From Verrucomicrobiia bacterium (GTDB lineage: Bacteria; Verrucomicrobiota; Verrucomicrobiia; Palsa-1439), in assembly GCA_050013395.1 (NCBI GenBank), contig JBEKFI010000001.1, positions 1,004-65,003 of the forward strand: 64,000 nucleotides of DNA. The letters are read 5' to 3'. Under the pieces are notes generated by a model. That model did no database searches. It was not told the origin of the DNA and worked only from the letters and a program-made list of their open reading frames with translations. Below, one piece after another: positions 60,945 through 64,000 of the stretch (position 1 is the first letter of the stretch; each line of letters begins with the position of its first letter). The position numbers and the translations under genes were made by a program.

Positions 60945-62471
60945 ATGAACGAATCAGTCAAGCGCATCTTCAACGAAGCCCACAATAATGCCGGCCAGTC
61001 CTACATGACACGGCGGCACGTCGCCATTGACCCGATCACCCGCCTCGAAGGCCATGGCAAGATCGACATCTTCCTGGACCAGAAAGGCGAGGTCGAGCGG
61101 GCATACTTCCAAGTGCCCGAGATGCGCGGGTTCGAGGTGTTTTCCATCGGACGACCGGCCGAAGACATGCCGCAGATCACATCGCGCATTTGCGGCGTCT
61201 GCCCGACAGCGCATCACATGGCGGGAACAAAAGCGCTGGACGATTTGTACAAAGTCGAGCCGACTTCGGCGGCGAAAAAGATCCGCGAGTTGGTGTACAC
61301 CACGTTTATGCTCGAAGACCACGCGTTGCACGTCTACATCCTCGGCGGCCCGGACTTCATCGTGGGTCCGGATGCGCCTCCCGAACTGCGCAACATCGTC
61401 GGCGTGATCCAAAAGGTGGGCCTTGAGATTGGCAAGCGAGTCATCAGCACGCGCCGCCGCTTGCGCGAGTTGATCACGTACCTCGGCGGCAAGGTGATTC
61501 ATCCCGTGCTCGGTCTGCCCGGCGGCGTCGCGAAGGGGATGTCGCCGGCGGACCTGCCGCAGTTCCAGCAACTGGCCAAGGACGGCCTGGATTTTGCGCA
61601 GTTCACGCTGCAGGTCTTCAAGGACATCGTCCTGAAGAATGAAGCTTACGTGAAGCTTATCACGTCGGACACCTACACCCATCGCACCTACTACATGGGC
61701 ATGGTGGACGCGAACAACAAGGTCAACTTCTACGACGGCAAGATTCGCGTCGTCACGCCGGACGGCAAGGAGTTCGCGAAATTCGCCCCGCAACAGTACC
61801 GCGACTTCGTGGCCGAACACGTCGAGCCGTGGAGTTACATGAAGTTCTGCTACTTGAAACCCGTCGGGTGGAACGGTTTCACCGAGGGCGAGAAGAGCGG
61901 CATTTACTCGGTGGCCCCGCTGGCGCGATTGAACGTGTCCGACGGTCTGGCGACGCCGCTGGCCCAGAAGGCGTACGAGGAATTCTACGCGACGCTGGGC
62001 GGTAAACCCGTCCACCACACGCTGGCCAACCACTGGGCGCGCGTCGTCGAGATGCTGTACGCCGCCGAGCGGATGAACGAACTCATCAACGATCCAGAGA
62101 TCACCAGCAAAGACCTGCGGGTCATCCCGACCGCGAAACCCACGGTCGGCATCGGCGTGGTCGAAGCGCCGCGTGGCACGTTGATCCACCAGTACGAGAC
62201 CGACGACAACGGAATCATTCGCAAAGCCAATCTTATCGTCGCGACACAGGGCAATTCTGCCCGCATGGCGATGAGCGTCGAGAAAGCTGCCAAGGGACTG
62301 ATCCACGGTGGTGAGGTGAGCGAGGGATTGCTTAACAAGGTCGAGATGGCCTTCCGTGCGTACGATCCCTGCTTGGGCTGCGCCACGCATGCCATCGGCC
62401 AGACACCGATGATTGTCACGATCCGCGACGGGTCTTCGGGCCGCGTTTTGCGCACGTTGCGGCGCGATTGA
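60945..62471 (+). CDS. mvhA: [NiFe]-hydrogenase large subunit (group 3c-like)
   Basis: RICGVCPTAHH N-terminal and DPCLGCATHA C-terminal Ni-binding motifs. Confidence 0.9.
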   Translation: MNESVKRIFNEAHNNAGQSYMTRRHVAIDPITRLEGHGKIDIFLDQKGEVERAYFQVPEMRGFEVFSIGRPAEDMPQITSRICGVCPTAHHMAGTKALDDLYKVEPTSAAKKIRELVYTTFMLEDHALHVYILGGPDFIVGPDAPPELRNIVGVIQKVGLEIGKRVISTRRRLRELITYLGGKVIHPVLGLPGGVAKGMSPADLPQFQQLAKDGLDFAQFTLQVFKDIVLKNEAYVKLITSDTYTHRTYYMGMVDANNKVNFYDGKIRVVTPDGKEFAKFAPQQYRDFVAEHVEPWSYMKFCYLKPVGWNGFTEGEKSGIYSVAPLARLNVSDGLATPLAQKAYEEFYATLGGKPVHHTLANHWARVVEMLYAAERMNELINDPEITSKDLRVIPTAKPTVGIGVVEAPRGTLIHQYETDDNGIIRKANLIVATQGNSARMAMSVEKAAKGLIHGGEVSEGLLNKVEMAFRAYDPCLGCATHAIGQTPMIVTIRDGSSGRVLRTLRRD

Positions 62472-62510
62472 CAAGGCGCCGCGTCGCTCCGATGATGTTG
62501 GGTCTTCTTC

Positions 62511-63296
62511 ATGAACGTGAAAGTGCTACGCAACGTTTTGGAAGCCAACGACCAGTTGGCGACGCGCATTCGTAACCAGCTCGCAGCCAAGAAGATCGCA
62601 GCCATCAATCTGATCAGTGGACCGGGCGCTGGCAAGACGTCGTTGCTGGAAAAGACGATTCCCGCCCTCAAACATCATTATCGCATCGGCGTCCTGGAAG
62701 GTGACATCGCCACGACGCGCGACGCCGACCGGATCGCAAAGCTGGGCGTGCCGGTCGTTCAACTCCTTACGGGCGGCGCCTGCCATCTCGAGGCGCCATT
62801 GGTGCAACGTGGGTTGGGCGAACTCGATCTGGATGCGCTCGACTTGCTGTTCATCGAGAACGTCGGCAACATCGCCTGCCCTGCCGAGTTTGACCTCGGC
62901 GAGAAGGCCAAGGTGGGCATCCTCAGCGTCACCGAAGGTCACGACAAACCCGCCAAATATCCGTTGCTGTTTCACGAAATCAGCGCGCTGGTGCTTAACA
63001 AGATGGATCTGTTGCCGCACACCGATTTCGATTTCGACCAGTTTCTCCGCGATTTCCGCAAACTCAACGCTGACGCGCCGGTCTTCCGGGTTTCTTGCCG
63101 GACAGGGCAGGGGATTGAAGAATGGACACACTGGCTGGAGCACGTGGCGGACGGTGAGATCCGCGTCGAGCCGCACACGCACACGCCTTCGCCCGACGGG
63201 CTTCGGCGGGCAAGCGACCATCACGATCTCGATGCTGTCGTCCAGCCGCACCAGCATCCGCACCGGCAACATCATACCGAGGTAACGCGCGGATGA
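62511..63296 (+). CDS. hypB: Hydrogenase nickel-incorporation GTPase HypB with His-rich C-terminal tail
   Basis: GPGAGKTS P-loop...ENVGNIACPAEFD...NKMDL motifs; the tail carries many His. Confidence 0.85.
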   Translation: MNVKVLRNVLEANDQLATRIRNQLAAKKIAAINLISGPGAGKTSLLEKTIPALKHHYRIGVLEGDIATTRDADRIAKLGVPVVQLLTGGACHLEAPLVQRGLGELDLDALDLLFIENVGNIACPAEFDLGEKAKVGILSVTEGHDKPAKYPLLFHEISALVLNKMDLLPHTDFDFDQFLRDFRKLNADAPVFRVSCRTGQGIEEWTHWLEHVADGEIRVEPHTHTPSPDGLRRASDHHDLDAVVQPHQHPHRQHHTEVTRG

Positions 63297-64000
63297 AGAC
63301 GTGCATGCGCGCCAGGATCGTTGGCCGCGTCCAAGGCGTTGGGTTTCGTCCGACCGTTTATCGCTACGCCACGCAACTCGGCCTTGGCGGTTTTGTCTGC
63401 AACGGCCCGCACGGCGTCACGGTCGAAGTCGAAGGCGACGATCTGAAAGTCCGCGCATTCTTTCATCACCTGATCCACGACCCGCCCAAACAGGCAGTGA
63501 TCGCAGACATTCAAAAACAAGTCTTCGCCGAAAAGGGTTACAAGCAATTCGAGGTCATCGAGTCCGAGCCTGAGGGCGACGCGGCCGTGCATATCTCGCC
63601 CGACTTGGCGACGTGCGACGATTGCCTGCGGGAGTTGTTTGATCCTCAGGATCGCCGTCACGGCTATCCGTTCATCAATTGCACGAACTGCGGCCCGCGT
63701 TTCACGATCATCCGCGACTTGCCCTATGATCGTGACAAGACTTCGATGGCCGGTTTCACGATGTGTGCGCCGTGCGAGTATGAGTACCACGATCCGCGCG
63801 ATCGCCGATTCCACGCGCAACCGGACGCTTGCGAGAAGTGCGGGCCGCAACTCGACCTGATTACGCCGGAGGATTGTAGCCGCGAATCCTATTCGCGGCG
63901 GGAGAATGCCCGCGAAGACGCTTCGCGGCTACAATTGATGAGAGTTGTCGATCTTCTTCGACGCGGCGCCATTGTCGCCGTCAAGAGCCTTGGCGGTTAC
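63292..64000 (+). CDS. hypF: Carbamoyltransferase HypF (N-terminal part; runs off the window)
   Basis: Acylphosphatase domain (RVQGVGFRP) and two CxxC...CxxC zinc fingers. The ATG overlaps the hypB stop. Confidence 0.8.
63874..63935. repeat. TGTAGCCGCGAA...TTCGCGGCTACA palindrome embedded in-frame in hypF
   Basis: tgtagccgcgaatcctattcgcggcgggagaatgcccgcgaagacgcttcgcggctacaa lengthens the linker between the second zinc finger and the YrdC-like domain. Confidence 0.55.

Noticed and set aside
60954-62474. 506-aa minus-strand ORF
   Set aside because: Antisense to the hydrogenase large subunit.
1-64000. tRNA/rRNA genes
   Set aside because: No cloverleaf-like stretches with conserved T-loop (GTTCRANYC) or rRNA-like conserved blocks were noticed by eye. 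Nothing was called.

Overview
This is a high-GC bacterial chromosomal segment, read from sequence only, with a dense gene set that is interrupted repeatedly by short mobile or repeat elements. The order along the window is as follows.

- bioB, then a HEAT-repeat protein.
- A fused membrane/spermidine-synthase-like gene, preceded by a duplicated small secreted-protein segment.
- A Rieske/cytochrome b cluster with two multihaem c-type cytochromes.
- An MNT-type nucleotidyltransferase, a secreted DUF protein and a cupin.
- An AmmeMemoRadiSam system whose components carry export signals and are split by about 6.9 kb of lower-GC DNA. That DNA holds a PL7-like lyase pseudogene, a second spermidine-synthase-like membrane protein and a secreted ankyrin protein.
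- Two paralogous modules of a DUF2892 protein with a tiny membrane protein; the first module also has a zf-HC2 anti-sigma gene and the remnant of an RND efflux gene.
- A nucleotide-sugar dehydrogenase, an ECF sigma factor and cydAB.
- glgP and an acetate/acetylation block: an HDAC-family deacetylase, a CoA-transferase/GNAT fusion, an ADP-forming acetyl-CoA synthetase, acs and an OFA-family MFS transporter.
- A low-GC islet with a GH17 glucanase and a candidate Type II restriction-modification pair.
- An outer-membrane porin.
- A large hydrogenase and electron-bifurcation supercluster: a maturation protease, hypA, nfnAB-like genes, a second hypA, hdrCBA, mvhDGA, hypB and the start of hypF.

The most unusual signals are these.

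1. At least three families of short palindromic or hairpin repeats occur. Several copies sit in-frame inside coding sequences: three in one spermidine-synthase-like gene and one in hypF.
2. Three insertions lie in consecutive intergenic gaps of the hdr-mvh operon. They are a 1.5-kb element with ~140-bp inverted terminal repeats carrying a low-GC passenger gene, a DUF559 endonuclease gene, and a small element with short inverted repeats (a miniature inverted-repeat element, MITE-like) built from the same terminal repeats.
3. A second, frameshifted DUF559 copy splits cydA from cydB.

No rRNA, tRNA or CRISPR array was recognisable.
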